Notes: generated from the sequence alone by a model not told the origin. A stretch of DNA of 64,000 bases from Octopus vulgaris (GCA_951406725.2 OX597833.1:37076001-37140000); one strand, 5' to 3'. Shown: positions 52,101-64,000, numbered from the stretch's first letter. Made by a program: numbers and translations.

Positions 52101-55100
52101 ACCATAATCTTTAAAATTCAGCCAAATTTCAGTTAAAATAATTTTCAAATATGCCTGGGTGTTGACATACATTAATAGGATTACTTTCACTGTTTATTAG
52201 ATTGTTTTTATTTATTTATTAATATTTTTAAAATACTCTTTTTTAATATCTACTCTCATAAAAATCTAGTAAGAAATTAAATTGTTTTATCAACTTTCAT
52301 ATTTTAATTATGTAAGTGAATTACCAAAAATTGGACAATTTTTAGATATACATTCAACATGATGTGATATAAATAGATTTTAGAAATAATTTAAACAATA
52401 ATCTATTCTATCCACATATTTATAGCTTTTTAATGTTTGCTGACAATTCTTATGTTTTAAATTTCAAGAATTTCAATGAGACTGCACATTTCTGTTAAGA
52501 TTGTTTCGTTCTAAACTAAAGATCTTTAAAGATCCATTCTTTTTATTATCCAAGATAATATAATGGACATGAGATTGGTTTTTATGTTTGTTGACTCTGC
52601 ATTTAGGGTAATAAGTATTTTGTGATCTGAGCAAATTACAACACTAACCTTAGATAATATACATCATTCTTATTATGTTCTTGCCAAATATTCATATCAT
52701 TATTGTTTGCTTTTTAGCAGCCTATCTAATATACTCGCATGTGTGTATGTGCACATACTGAATACAAATAATTTATTGAAGTTACTAATTTATTAGTATA
52801 TTCACTGCTTATGCATAGTCTACAGTATTTAATTCATACATAAGTGTCCCATTTTTGTGTTTAACTGACCAAGTGTATAAGACATTAAGTATCCAGCTGA
52901 GAGTTCAGTAGTTTGTATCCTTTGCCCAAGTGATTTATTCTTAAATTGTTCAGTCAACTGAACAAAAAAATGTTACCTGCAGGGTGTATACCACCCTTTG
53001 CTTTAAACAACTCTTATAGCTTAGTCACATCTTAACCCCTAATTTATGTAATTCATTTTTCACAGTTAGAAACCAGGGCCTTGAATCAAGCTTTCATTTT
53101 TAGCCCCAAATTAAGCTGTACTGTATCAAATTCTCAGCAACAATTTTGTTTCCATGTTGCTGTTTAATGTACATCTTTTAATGACTATTAGTTCTGCAAT
53201 ATCACCACTGGTCTCAAACAAAATATGGCTTCAACTAAACTGAAGCAACATACAGTGCTCACTTTCTCCAGTGGAATGTACAAGATATAAGGGCAGTAAC
53301 TCCAAACAGAAAAATAAAGAAAATAAAACTAAATGGAAACAGCTATACATCACCTACAGTACCCCAGTCACCTACTTTTTATTAAGTGAGCAGTTTTTAG
53401 AATTTCAAAGAGTTTTTTTTACATACATACTTCAGTATCTTGAAAGAAGGGACACCTCATTTAGTCAAAACATTGATAATCTTGGGAATCCAAAGGATCT
53501 CATTGATTTCTTTCTTACTCAATATCTCCCTGAGAATAGTCATCTCCATTCTTAATTTTTTTGTCTAGGATCTGTGGAGGTGTGGGAATATAATTGTGTA
53601 TTCCACAACTTTCAGCTCATTAGAATCCTTGATGAATCATTGGAATATAACAGTTCAGAAAGTAACGTCTTAGAGAATATTCATACTTTGATATGCTCTC
53701 ATCATTGCTACAGTTTCTGCTGTTTAAGTGCTTTTGACAACTCTCTTTATTCTTTTTGACCAATTTGTTGGAAAGCAGTCACCTCTACTTCTAATGGCGA
53801 AGATGATGTTGCCACTCTAACTTTTATACATTCTGCCTTTCTCTTCTTCATAAATGAGCTAAGTTCACTAATATCAAAACTAAAATCTGGTTTTTTGGGG
53901 CAGTCCAATTTATCATGTTGCCACTCTAAAATGCCCATCCTCAAGGCTGGTGAGAGGCACATCATTCTAAGCTATTAGCTTTAGTATATGTAGATCATTA
54001 TGATTTGTGATCTCTACTTGATGATTTTGTTAACTTGTTTTATACATTCTGCCTTTCTCTTCTTCATAAATGAGCTAAATTCACTATCAAAACTAAAATC
54101 TGGTTTATGGGGGCAGTCCAATTCACTTTATCATGGGTATATCTCAATGAAGTTGTTTCAGCATGGTTGAGTTTCTTCTTTTCCAATTTGTGAAGCTGGG
54201 ACAAGAACAGACTTCAAATCATCCACTACTTACTTGTTCTGGTTGACAAATATAATATTGCTTTTTTGCTGAATATCCAGTTCAGCATATTAGAACTTGA
54301 GGATTCTTCCAACTTCGCAACAAGTGTAGATTAGATGTCAACAATAAAAGGCTCTCTAAAAAATGTTGGTGTTCCACTTTCTGTGTAACTTTCTTTATCA
54401 TACAAAGTAAAAATAGCTTAGTCACAGCTTAACCCCTAATTTATGTAATTCATTTTTCACAGTTAGAAACCAGGGCCTTGTATCAAGCTTTCAGTTTCAG
54501 CCCCAGGTGATGGTAACTGATAAACAGGCCTGTATGTTTCTTTACCTTGAAGGAAAGCTGTTAGAAAACTGTAATACCACTCACTAAGGACAATTACAGC
54601 TAAAATGACTATAAATATTGAGCATCTTCATCTTGAATTCCTCTGTCTGCAAGTGTAGCCTTGACAGCCTCATTACCTTGAATAACTTTTTGTGTACAAA
54701 CCCATTATGTAGTAACCTTGCTTTGACCATTGTTAGGTAAAACAGTGTATATCTTCTTGATCCAGTTTGGAAACTCCTTTTCCTTAACTAGCTCAACAGA
54801 TATGTCTATTACAAACAAGCAACTTCTTAGACAGCTCCTTCAGGCCCATCAATTTCAAGATAGGATCCTAAGAATCTATAGCATTCTAAACAAAAGGGTC
54901 ACACATTTCTTAATTCATTACTACTCACTAACAGTTTGCAGTTTATTCTTGGCTCAGTTTTGGGAAGTTAGATGTTTATCTCTGATCAGTAACTGACCTC
55001 TTTCACCACAATTGTTTTGACTACTTTAACAAGTCATGTTATTCATAAACACCATCACATCATTCTCTTCTGCAAATATACCCACTTAGTCAGCTTTGTT

Positions 55101-56982
55101 TGATTTTTGTTAAACTTGTGTGCGTTTACAAATGATCTTGCATCAAATGCTCTTGTATGTTCTGCCATGTTTGATCAGTACCTGTTTTGAACAAGAGCTG
55201 GTCTTATTTGCTGTCTAAAAGCTCTTCTAAATTTATCAATAGATTCACTTTCAATGCAGGCTTTTTTAGCAACATACATTGCATTCAAATTATTTATAAT
55301 GGTCTGTCATGGAGACTCCCCATAAAGTTGGTAGCAGTCAGTAAACTTGGACTGTTTCGCTACCCCAAATATACTTGTAAGGATTATGTTGTGTATTTTT
55401 GGCATCCACAGACTAATCCACAGCAACTTTAAAAAGTAGTTCTCACATTCACAATTATATTTTGACACATATCTCTGAAGTCTTGGTTGTCAAAGTTCCT
55501 TCCATTGCTAGTCAGAAAATTCTTAGATGAATCATTACTTTTTTTTTTTTTAGTAATCCTCATGGCCACGCTATTTGATTGTATATGTCGAATTTCTTTC
55601 TGAATACGCACACACAATGAGATTTGTTCAGTTTCCATTTACCAGATTTACTCACAAGGTTTTGGTCAACCTGGGACTTCAGAAGACACTTGCTATACAG
55701 TGGGACTGAATCTGAAACCCTGAAATTAATAAATAAACTTCTTAACACCAGACATGCTTCTGCCTATTCATGCCTGTATCTCTGGTAAATATCACAAGTG
55801 GAAAAGAATTCTTTAAACATTGAGAAATTTTTCATTCTTTATGTCAGAATTCTCAGCCAAAGTACTTGTCCTGTAACCACTAGGGCAACCAAACAGCCAA
55901 TACAATTTTGTTGCAGTCGTAATATTTTTCTCTTGAGTTTTCTTGTTTTCCTTGATACAACTTTATAGCTCTCACTCTCAGTGGACATTTGTTTTCATAA
56001 AAGGCATACAATAACAATTTGGAGAAGTAGTTCTCTGTTTCAATTTCCTTTGGTTTCATTACAGACTTGCATGACAGCAAGAATATATACACATCCATAA
56101 TGTCAGCACTAATATCACTTCTAATGGCACTTAGTAATGCTAGGAAGAACGAAAAACCTTTTTTTAGAAAGATTTTTTTTACTGGTTCCAAATTAAAATG
56201 TCCTCTTGCCTTTTCAACTTTCATTTTTAGTTGTACTTTATGAGGAATAGTTTCAATAAAACATTCAAACTAATTTAAACTGTCAATTGTAGCAGCAGTT
56301 CCTGAGTCTAGGACCACACAGCCAATATTTTTTACTAAGTAGTGACATATTTGATATCTTCTTATCATTCTGCAACATCAAGAATCCTTGTAACCATCTT
56401 AATTCATCATAAATCAAAAAAATAATGTGTCATGCTAAGTTATCAACTTGTTTCATATTTCTCTCATTCCAGTTTTTGACCCAAAGGTAATAGACCACAT
56501 ATAGTGCATGCTTGTGGTCTACCATCAGGACAAAATGAATTAGTTCTTGAAGAATTGCAAGAGAATGACCTGTTTTCCTCAATCTTCTGTACCCTTCCTC
56601 TTCCACCTTTTTTTCTGTAATATAAACCACCTCCACATTGACATTTTGACTATCTGTCATAATAATCTTCACCACTACCTTCTCACTCAACATTTTTCTC
56701 TGAAGTGGCTCCTTCTTTAGAATATGCCATTGTTTCCTTCTTAACTTGAATGTTCCCAGAAATGTTTGTTACTGAACTATTTATTTTCTATCCCCAATAT
56801 AACATTACTGAATTGTGTAATCATTGCTTTGAATGTTAGATCACTTACTGTGACTTTTACAAGTTGTTCATTCTTTTCTGTCATATTTGCACTTTACAAA
56901 CTATATATGCTAGCTAAGGTTCAGAAGAGATATTTTGAATACTTTCAATTGTGTGATCATTCTCTCAATTGAATAATCTGCT

Positions 56983-57627
56983 TTGTAGTAAAGATTGTTT
57001 GCCAACATAACATGGCAGTCCTGGCTTAGGATGAATGTTGCTGTAATTTAGCCCCAGGAGACATCATATCCAGCTGGCTATATGACACAATCTGTGTCCT
57101 TATATTTTCGAACAAGGGGATCTAGCACCCCCACTCAGCTCAAAACAATATCTGGGGCTAAATTACAGCAACATTTGTCCTAAACCAGGACTGCCGTGTT
57201 ATGATGGCAAATAATCTTTACTACAAAGTACTGTTGCTGAACATCTCTCGTGAGATTTAAAAAATAGTAATTTTCTAATTTATAGATCAGTGACTAGTTG
57301 TCACTTTGAAAACTATATATTGTGAACAGGAATTTGGCAGTGCCACCTCTAGCCAAACAATTATTCTGTGCTGATGAAGGGAAATAACCTGGAAATCGCG
57401 ATACACAAATATTGTTTTGAGCTGAGTCAGGGTGCTAGATTCCCGTTTAAAAATATGACACAGATCGTGTTGTATAGCCAGCTGGATACAATGTCTCCTG
57501 GGGCTAAATTACAGCAGCATTCGTCTTAAGCCAGGACTGCCATGTTATGTTGGCAAACAATCTTTACTACAAAGCACTGTTACTGAATATCTCTTGTTGT
57601 GAGATTTAAAAAAATAGTAATTTTCTA
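56983..57627 (+). mobile_element. Hammerhead-containing short retroelement (retrozyme-like or Penelope-derived): inverted segment plus partial tandem of a ~350-nt unit
   Basis: TSD AATAATCTGCT at 56972-56982 and 57628-57638; 57152-57278 repeats at 57498-57628; 56979-57150 is the reverse complement of ~57410-57576. Confidence 0.8.
57367..57407 (+). ncRNA. Minimal type-I hammerhead ribozyme motif
   Basis: TGTG-CTGATGA-AGG GAAATAA CCT-G-GAAA-TCGCGA-TA-CACA: exact core, palindromic stem III (ATCGCGAT), AUA triplet. Confidence 0.7.
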
Positions 57628-58262
57628 AATAATCTGCTATTGGTATATTTACTAGTCTAGAACACCACTTAAAATTATCATAACCTGAGTGTTTCTTGAT
57701 TAGAGACCTCAACTCCTTTAATTTCTCATACAGATTTGTAAGGCCATCTTTTCTATTCCATTTCTCTTGATTCATTTCCTAAATGGCTTCTCTAGCTTTG
57801 CCTCTCAAGGTGGGATATACATTAGCTTCAAACTTTTTAATGTTGCATACTGCTTCCTAATAAACCACTTCTTCGTGCCACATGTTATGCTTTTCAGAAA
57901 GTTAACTTTTTTTTTAGTAACTACACTCTGCTAGCACTGTTAAACATTGTAAGAATATCTTCACTTGACAAGGCAATTATACTGTTACAACTCTTCTGCA
58001 AAAGTTTTCTTTTGATGTTATGAGAAATTTAAAAACAAAAACATTTGTTTAATGTGTCTTGGTTCTACAACACCACTGTTGATAAAACATGGCTACAGCC
58101 AAAATAAAACAAAGCAAAAGGCCACTCTGAGTTATTTCTCTTAGTTCATTTTTATTAAATTTATGCAAATTAACCTAGCCCATAAATGTGGTCTACTCTT
58201 TTTGTACATGTCTGTCCCACTTGACTGCTGGAGACAGGTTAGGACAGTTGTTGTGATGATAA

Positions 58263-60400
58263 CACTGGACAACAAAGATTTTGCTACTGGGATAAGAGCA
58301 TGTGTTTTAGACTAAATCGAGGATGTTGATTCCAAATCTGCACTCAGAACTGTTCTAGTAAGTCAGAATTTTGAGTTATGTGCATGCACAAGATTATAAC
58401 TGTACATTCAACTAGATACAGGCCATATTATAAAATTTGCTCAAATGAAAGCAGTCTTAATTCAAAATTAAAGAAATAACAGCAATAAAACAAACGATGA
58501 GAAAGTTCATTATTTAGTTTAGCAATAGATGGCGCAGACGTATTGTGTGCAAGCACCAAATATGTCAGTTTGTTCTTGGTAACTCTCAGTGTCGTTTGCG
58601 CTGCTGTCACATGTAGTATGTGTATCTCACGCTCTACGTGATTACTGTTTGAACTGTGTTCATTGTGTTAAATCACGAATAGGAGAGGCTGTGTGAATCA
58701 CCCTGACAACTTTTGTTGTCTGTGGAAAATTTGCTCTGCGTGACCAGCAGAAAACATTGCCACCAAATTAAAAACTGCCTATAAATATTATTTCAGGTGT
58801 AAAGTTGAGGGCCAAGACAAGAGATGGGCACCTCATATATGCTGCACCATGTGTTACTCAGAACTTACATTGTGGCTGAATTGAAAACAGAGGGGAATGC
58901 CTTTTACTGTACCAGTGGTGTGGTGTGGTGTGGTGTGAGCCAACTAATCATGTCTCTAATTGTTACTTTTGCATGACTAATATTAGTGGTTTTTCAAAGA
59001 AAACCAAAGCAAAAATTGTGTATGCAGATTGTAAGTCAGCTCTAAAACCAGTCCCACATGACTTCAAGAACCCTGTCCCAGTTCCCCTCTCACATGCTTT
59101 ACCTGAAGACCTTGACACATCCCTGTTTCTCCTATCAACGAAGAGTACTTAGTTGATTCTAAGAAAAATGAGCCACACTTGTTTAATCAAGATTTGAACA
59201 ATTTAGTAAAAGACCTAGCATTGTCGAAGGAAAAGGCAAAGGTTTTGGGATCCAAACTTCAACAATGGAATCTCCTACAACAAGATACGAAAATTTCCAT
59301 TTTTCGTTCTCCCCATAAAGGCTTATCTGTCTTTTTCAAGCAAGAAAATTATGCTTGTTTCTGTGCTGACATTAATGTACACTTGCAAAAACTAGGATGC
59401 GTGCATGTGGCTAACAAATGGAGATTGTTTACAGACTTGAGTAAAGTTAGCCTTAAAGCTGTGTTGTTTCATAATGGTAATGAAAAACCTTCCATTCCTG
59501 TGGGTCATGTTGTTGGTATGGAAGAAACTTATGAATCAATGGAACTCATTCTGAAAAGAATTAATTACTCAGTTCATAAGCGGAATATTTGTGATTTAAA
59601 GGTGATTTTCCTCCTTCCAGGACTGCAGCTGGAATATACCAAAAATATGTGCTTCTTGTGTGTTTGGAACAGCTGCAACGACTGCAATCATTACACTGTA
59701 AAAGACTGACCTATAAGAGAATAGTGCATAGTTGGTTGGTATAATGTGCAGCATATGCCACTAGTAGACCCACAAAAGATGTTTCTTCCACCCTTTCACA
59801 TCAAACTTAACCTCATGAAAAACTTCGTAAAAGCAATGACAAATGATGGTTGTGGTTTCCAGTACCTAAAAGTAAAATTTGGTACAGAGAAAAGTGATGC
59901 AGAACTGAAGGCAGGCATTTCCATTGGACCTGAGATCAGAGAATTAATATCTGATAGCATATCCAGAGGTAAACTGAATCACTTGAGCTGATGGAATGAG
60001 ATTCATTTGTGTTAGTTGAACAGAACTTTCTTGGACATCATCGGGCTGAAAACTATGCTGATTTAATAAACAACATGCTAACATATGAAAGAATGAGATG
60101 CTGAATGTCCCTTAAAATGCACTTGCATTCTCATCTCGATTTTTTTCCAATGTATCTTGGTGCCATTAGGACATATCTGTGATGAAAACAAGGTATCAAG
60201 GCCGGTTCAATCTACACATGATGGGTGACTACTGCTGGTTCCTACAACAGGAGACCAGCACAATGCATAAGTGCAAGAGCAAGTGTCTCGAACATTTCTG
60301 AGCTTAGCATATAAAAAATAAAGTGAGTATTCCCTTAATATTCATTATATTATAATACTATCTGCCTTGAACATATATATACTCTATACAGTACTAATAT
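58263..60400 (+). mobile_element. Chapaev3 (CMC superfamily) DNA transposon with disrupted transposase
   Basis: CACTG terminus at 58263; motifs CVNHPDNFC, WAPHICC, VWCEPTNHVSNCYFC, LSKEKAKVLGSKLQQWNLL, WRLFTD.SKVSLKAVLFHNGN, PPFHIKLNLMKNFVKAM, MMGDYCW; right TIR not found. Confidence 0.85.
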
Positions 60401-60452
60401 ACTATTATAATAATTATTTACCTTGAACTTAACTACTCCTGATACTAATATA

Positions 60453-61190
60453 CAGGGTCTCCCAAAAGTCACTGATGAATTTCAATTTTTAATAACTTAC
60501 TTAACTCTACAAATAAATGCATGAAATTTTGATACAATATGAAGAACATTGGAAATTAATGTGCGCATATCAAATTTTACAACACCACCACATCACATAT
60601 GAAAAATGACATTGTTTAAATGGCAGCTATCTTTGGCTTTGCACACCCGTGCCCTTTCCAAAACCTGCACCATAACACCCTCAAGAGTTTCAGACACCAC
60701 TTCTCTGATTTCTCTATTGATGTTCTCCTTCAGTTGCACAAAGGTCTCTGATTTGTTGATGTGAACTCTCTCTTTCAGGTATCCCCCACAAGAAAAAATC
60801 TGGACTAGTCAAGTCTGGGTAACGTGAAAGCCAATTGATATTGCTGTTGCAGGAGATTATTCTCTATCCAAAGCACTACTTTAGCAACTGCATTCTTTCT
60901 CTAGCGGTATGAGTGATTGCCCCATCGTGCTGGAACCATGTATGAGGTCTACTCTGAATGGCCATATGTTCTCCATACTTGACTTGCCCGGATTTTTTTT
61001 GTGGAATACGTGAAAGATAGAGTTTACGTCAACAAACTGAAGACCGTGGTGCAACTGAAGGAGACCATGAATAGAGAAATTGGAGAAGTGGGGTCTGAAA
61101 CTCTTGTGGGTGTTATGGTGCAAATTTTGGAAAGAGCATAGGCATGCAAAGCCGAAAATGGCTGCCATTTAAGCAATGTCATTTTTCATA
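60453..61190. mobile_element. Fold-back Tc1/mariner derivative made of two head-to-head transposase 3' ends
   Basis: TA-CAGGGTCTCCCAAAAGTC terminus; minus strand W.SR.PDLT..DFFL(W)GYLKERV motif; ~60597-60835 is inverted at ~60957-61190. Confidence 0.75.
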
Positions 61191-61194
61191 AGAG

Positions 61195-62210
61195 CACTGC
61201 ACATTGCCAAAAGTCTCGGTCACCTGTCATTGCCTCTGTAAAGCTCAAAGTTTGAAGATCATGCTTCACTACCTTGTCCCATATCTTCCTGGGTCTACCT
61301 CTATCACAGTTTCCCTTCACAGTTAGAGATCAGCACTTCTTTACAAGGCTGTCCTCGTCCATACACATCACATGACCATACCAGCACAGTTGTCTCTCTT
61401 GCATACCACATCTGATTCCTCTTATGCCTAACTTTTCTCAGTTGAATATGCACACTGACATTGCACACACAGCAAAGCATACTGGCTTCATTTCTTTCAA
61501 GCCTACGCATGTCCTCTGCTGTCATAGTCCATGTTTCACTGCTATGCAGCATAGCTGTTAACATACAGGTATCAAACAATCTGCTTTTCACTCTGAGAGA
61601 GAGGCCCTTTGTTGCCAGCAGAGGTAGGAGCTCTCTGAACTTTGCCCAGCCTAATCTTATTCTCATAGCTATGCTCTCAAAGCATCCACCTCCACTACTA
61701 ACTTGGTCACATAGATAACAGAAGCTATCTACTACCTCTAGCTTGCCCCACTGGCAGTTGATGGAGTTTATTTTCTGTGCATTTTCAGTGTTTATTGTAC
61801 CTGTGTACCTTCTACATACAAAATTTAGTTTCCCTGTTAACCTTCCTCTGATGTTGCTGCACCTTTTATGTGTCCAAAGCTTACACTGGGAGTTTCTACC
61901 TAAAGATATTTGCAATTTGTCTGCCTTTCTACTTACTATGACTTCAGTTTTTGTTAGGTTAACTCTAAGGCCCTTTGATTTTAGACCTTGCTTCCATACC
62001 TGAAACTTCTCTAGTGATTCAACTATAAGAGCAAGGTCATCAACATAGAGGAGCTCCCAGGGACAGCCTGTCTTAAATTCCTCTTGTTATTGCCTGGAAG
62101 ACTGTGATGATCAAGAGGGGCCTGAGCACCAATCCTTGGTGAACTCCTTCTTGTACTTTGAATTCTTCACTGCACCTGTTGCCCAGTCTCACTTTACAAG
62201 GCTTGTATGG
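61195..62210 (-). mobile_element. RTE LINE: RT core to C-terminus
   Basis: GVHQG, WELLYVDDLAL, ORF 61304-61915 LEVVDSFCYL...GWAKFRELLPLL...HSSETW. Confidence 0.9.
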
Positions 62211-62921
62211 TTTTCACCAACCTATTACATAATATGCTATTCCAAACATATTAAACACTGAGACAATTGTAAAATTGACAAGTTGTTAATAAGCTTGCCA
62301 TAAGTCTGGTGGATAAACAACTACAATATTTCCCTCAGATTAAAGTTCCCTACTTATTTTGCCCCACTGTCTCATTAGCCTTAGACTCTAGTTTTTATCA
62401 TGAGCAGTATGAAGCATCAATCATCAGACATCTTTCACCAAGTTTGCTATAGTAAGCCTCTGAATGTTCTAGCTTTATTTAGAGCTGTGTTCATTTTAAA
62501 GCTCTTTACTGAATACACCTTAAATGTTGTCAGATTCTGGTTAAATTTTAAGATCTAAATTCCTCTACCACAAGAAGTACATATCCTTTCTGTTTCAATA
62601 TACAATGTCACCCTGATGTTGCAGTTTGCATGAGATTGTTCATTCTGTTAACCTGATTGTGTGTGTGTGTTGAGTTTCAAACATTAATTCATTAAAGAAA
62701 CAAGTATGTTTTACCAAAGTTCTAAATCTGATTTTGAAAATTCTCATCTATTAGAAATTTGTTCGTTAAAAGGTTAGTGATTGGCAAGACACGGACAGTT
62801 ATTTGTTACTCCATCTAAAATAATATGATATTTTGAAAACTTACCTTTGCATAACATTTGTAATAATAAACCATTGATTTCTTGGACTTAGTAAATGGTT
62901 TATACTATACTTACCTTGCAG

Positions 62922-63120
62922 TTATCTTCTTTTATCAAGATTTAGATCAGAGGAAAAACATTAGTGATGATTTTATTTTTGTGCAGCTTCTCCAAGACTT
63001 GTGGGAAAGGGAAGATAACTTGATATATTGAAGCAGCTTTTCAAGATAATGAGTTATCTTCAAGCTAGAGTAGTCACGGGCAACCTGTGGCCTACGGGAG
63101 TTCCTGAATGGCACACCTAG
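62922..63120 (+). pseudogene. Candidate decayed coding exon
   Basis: CCTTGCAG acceptor; IFFYQDLDQRKNISDDFIFVQLLQDLWEREDN, frameshift, DILKQLFKIMSYLQARVVTGNLWPTGVPEWHT**. Confidence 0.3.
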
Positions 63121-64000
63121 TGAAAAATTACCTTCTCTTTTGTTGATAATTTGGCCTGTCTGATAATGAGCCATGTTTTATGCAACCCACTTCTTGTAAA
63201 ATGTTGCCCATACCTGGACTATAGAATTGTTCCATATACTTGCCACAGAGTGGACTCTGCCAAAGACTAGTTTGTAGTGTTAAACCAAGCTTCACATTAG
63301 GCCTATCACTCCAGTTCTCATATCAATTTGAAGAACTACACCTGATTTATACTATAGCTATATTTTGATATGCTTTATACAATTATTTTCTTTGTTTTAT
63401 TATTTTTTTCATGAAGTATACCACATTTGCTTTAATGAATGCATAACTTATTTATTGAGGGAGTATCTAAATAGTTACTGAACTTGTTATTGGAGGATTA
63501 ACACTCCTCTAATAAAAAAAAAAAAAAAGTCAATTTGGGAACGTGTGTTGATTCCTAAATGGTAGAGTGCTAAAATGATTCTTGCAGTTACTTACAACTA
63601 TACTGAAAGTCTATTCAAGAAGTCCACTGTATCTTTTCAACAACTCATAACTTGCTGAAGTGTTAATTAAATGCAAGACACAGCCAATCATAATTTCTTT
63701 GATTTTCACCAAAACAGTTTGTTTTACAGTTTTCTCTATTTTTAGCACTTTATTTCCTCTTCTCATGAATTTGGGAAAGATTTTTGGCATTCTTTTTGTA
63801 TACATTTGCAATTAACATTTCTTGTATGCTTTCGTTAATCACTCTTACTGTATCATTAATTCAAAATCTGTGATTATTTGGTTAAACTATAGGTTCTATT
63901 CAAGGTTTTCACTGAGTAGAAATTTTAGTTTTTGATGATGGTACATTAAAAATTGGCTTTTTATTTTATAATCTAAGTATTTTATTCCTTACGGGTTCCA

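Larger units (their letters stand above)
52960..58080 (-). mobile_element. Decayed, rearranged Ty1/Copia (GalEa-like) element: PBS, gag, protease, integrase, RT
   Basis: PBS-like TGCTAGCAGAGT (57925-57936, minus) right after ...TTAACA LTR end; gag KDGLTNLYEKL; decayed zinc knuckle near 56500; protease CVVLDSGT; integrase SNGRNFDNQDFRDMCQN; KPDFSFDISELSS. Confidence 0.8.

Noticed and set aside
53015-53107. Direct repeat with 54413-54505 as possible LTR pair
   Set aside because: The repeat translates to RT-like sequence and lacks TG...CA ends, PBS and PPT.

Overview
AT-rich, microsatellite-rich eukaryotic DNA with no intact long ORF. The repeat content (tRNA-derived SINEs with an internal (TA)n/(TG)n tract, abundant RTE LINE debris, Dong/R4, mariner, Helitron) looks like an octopus or other coleoid cephalopod; this is an inference from repeat families. 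Most of the window is decayed transposons: RTE LINEs, two GalEa-like Copia remnants, mariners, a Tc2/pogo-type MITE, two copies of a non-autonomous Helitron, a Chapaev3 transposon, a fold-back Tc1/mariner derivative and a Dong LINE in a (TAA)n tract. The main unexpected signal is four apparently unrelated short elements carrying minimal type-I hammerhead ribozyme motifs (about 3.5, 6.3, 16.2 and 57.4 kb). Two are palindromes with a hammerhead on each strand. One is a TSD-flanked partial tandem of a ~350-nt unit that resembles a non-LTR retrozyme or Penelope-derived element. Scattered + strand exon-like, partly disabled coding segments suggest an unidentified, possibly decaying multi-exon host gene. 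All calls were made by eye without database searches, and the boundaries of old repeats are approximate.
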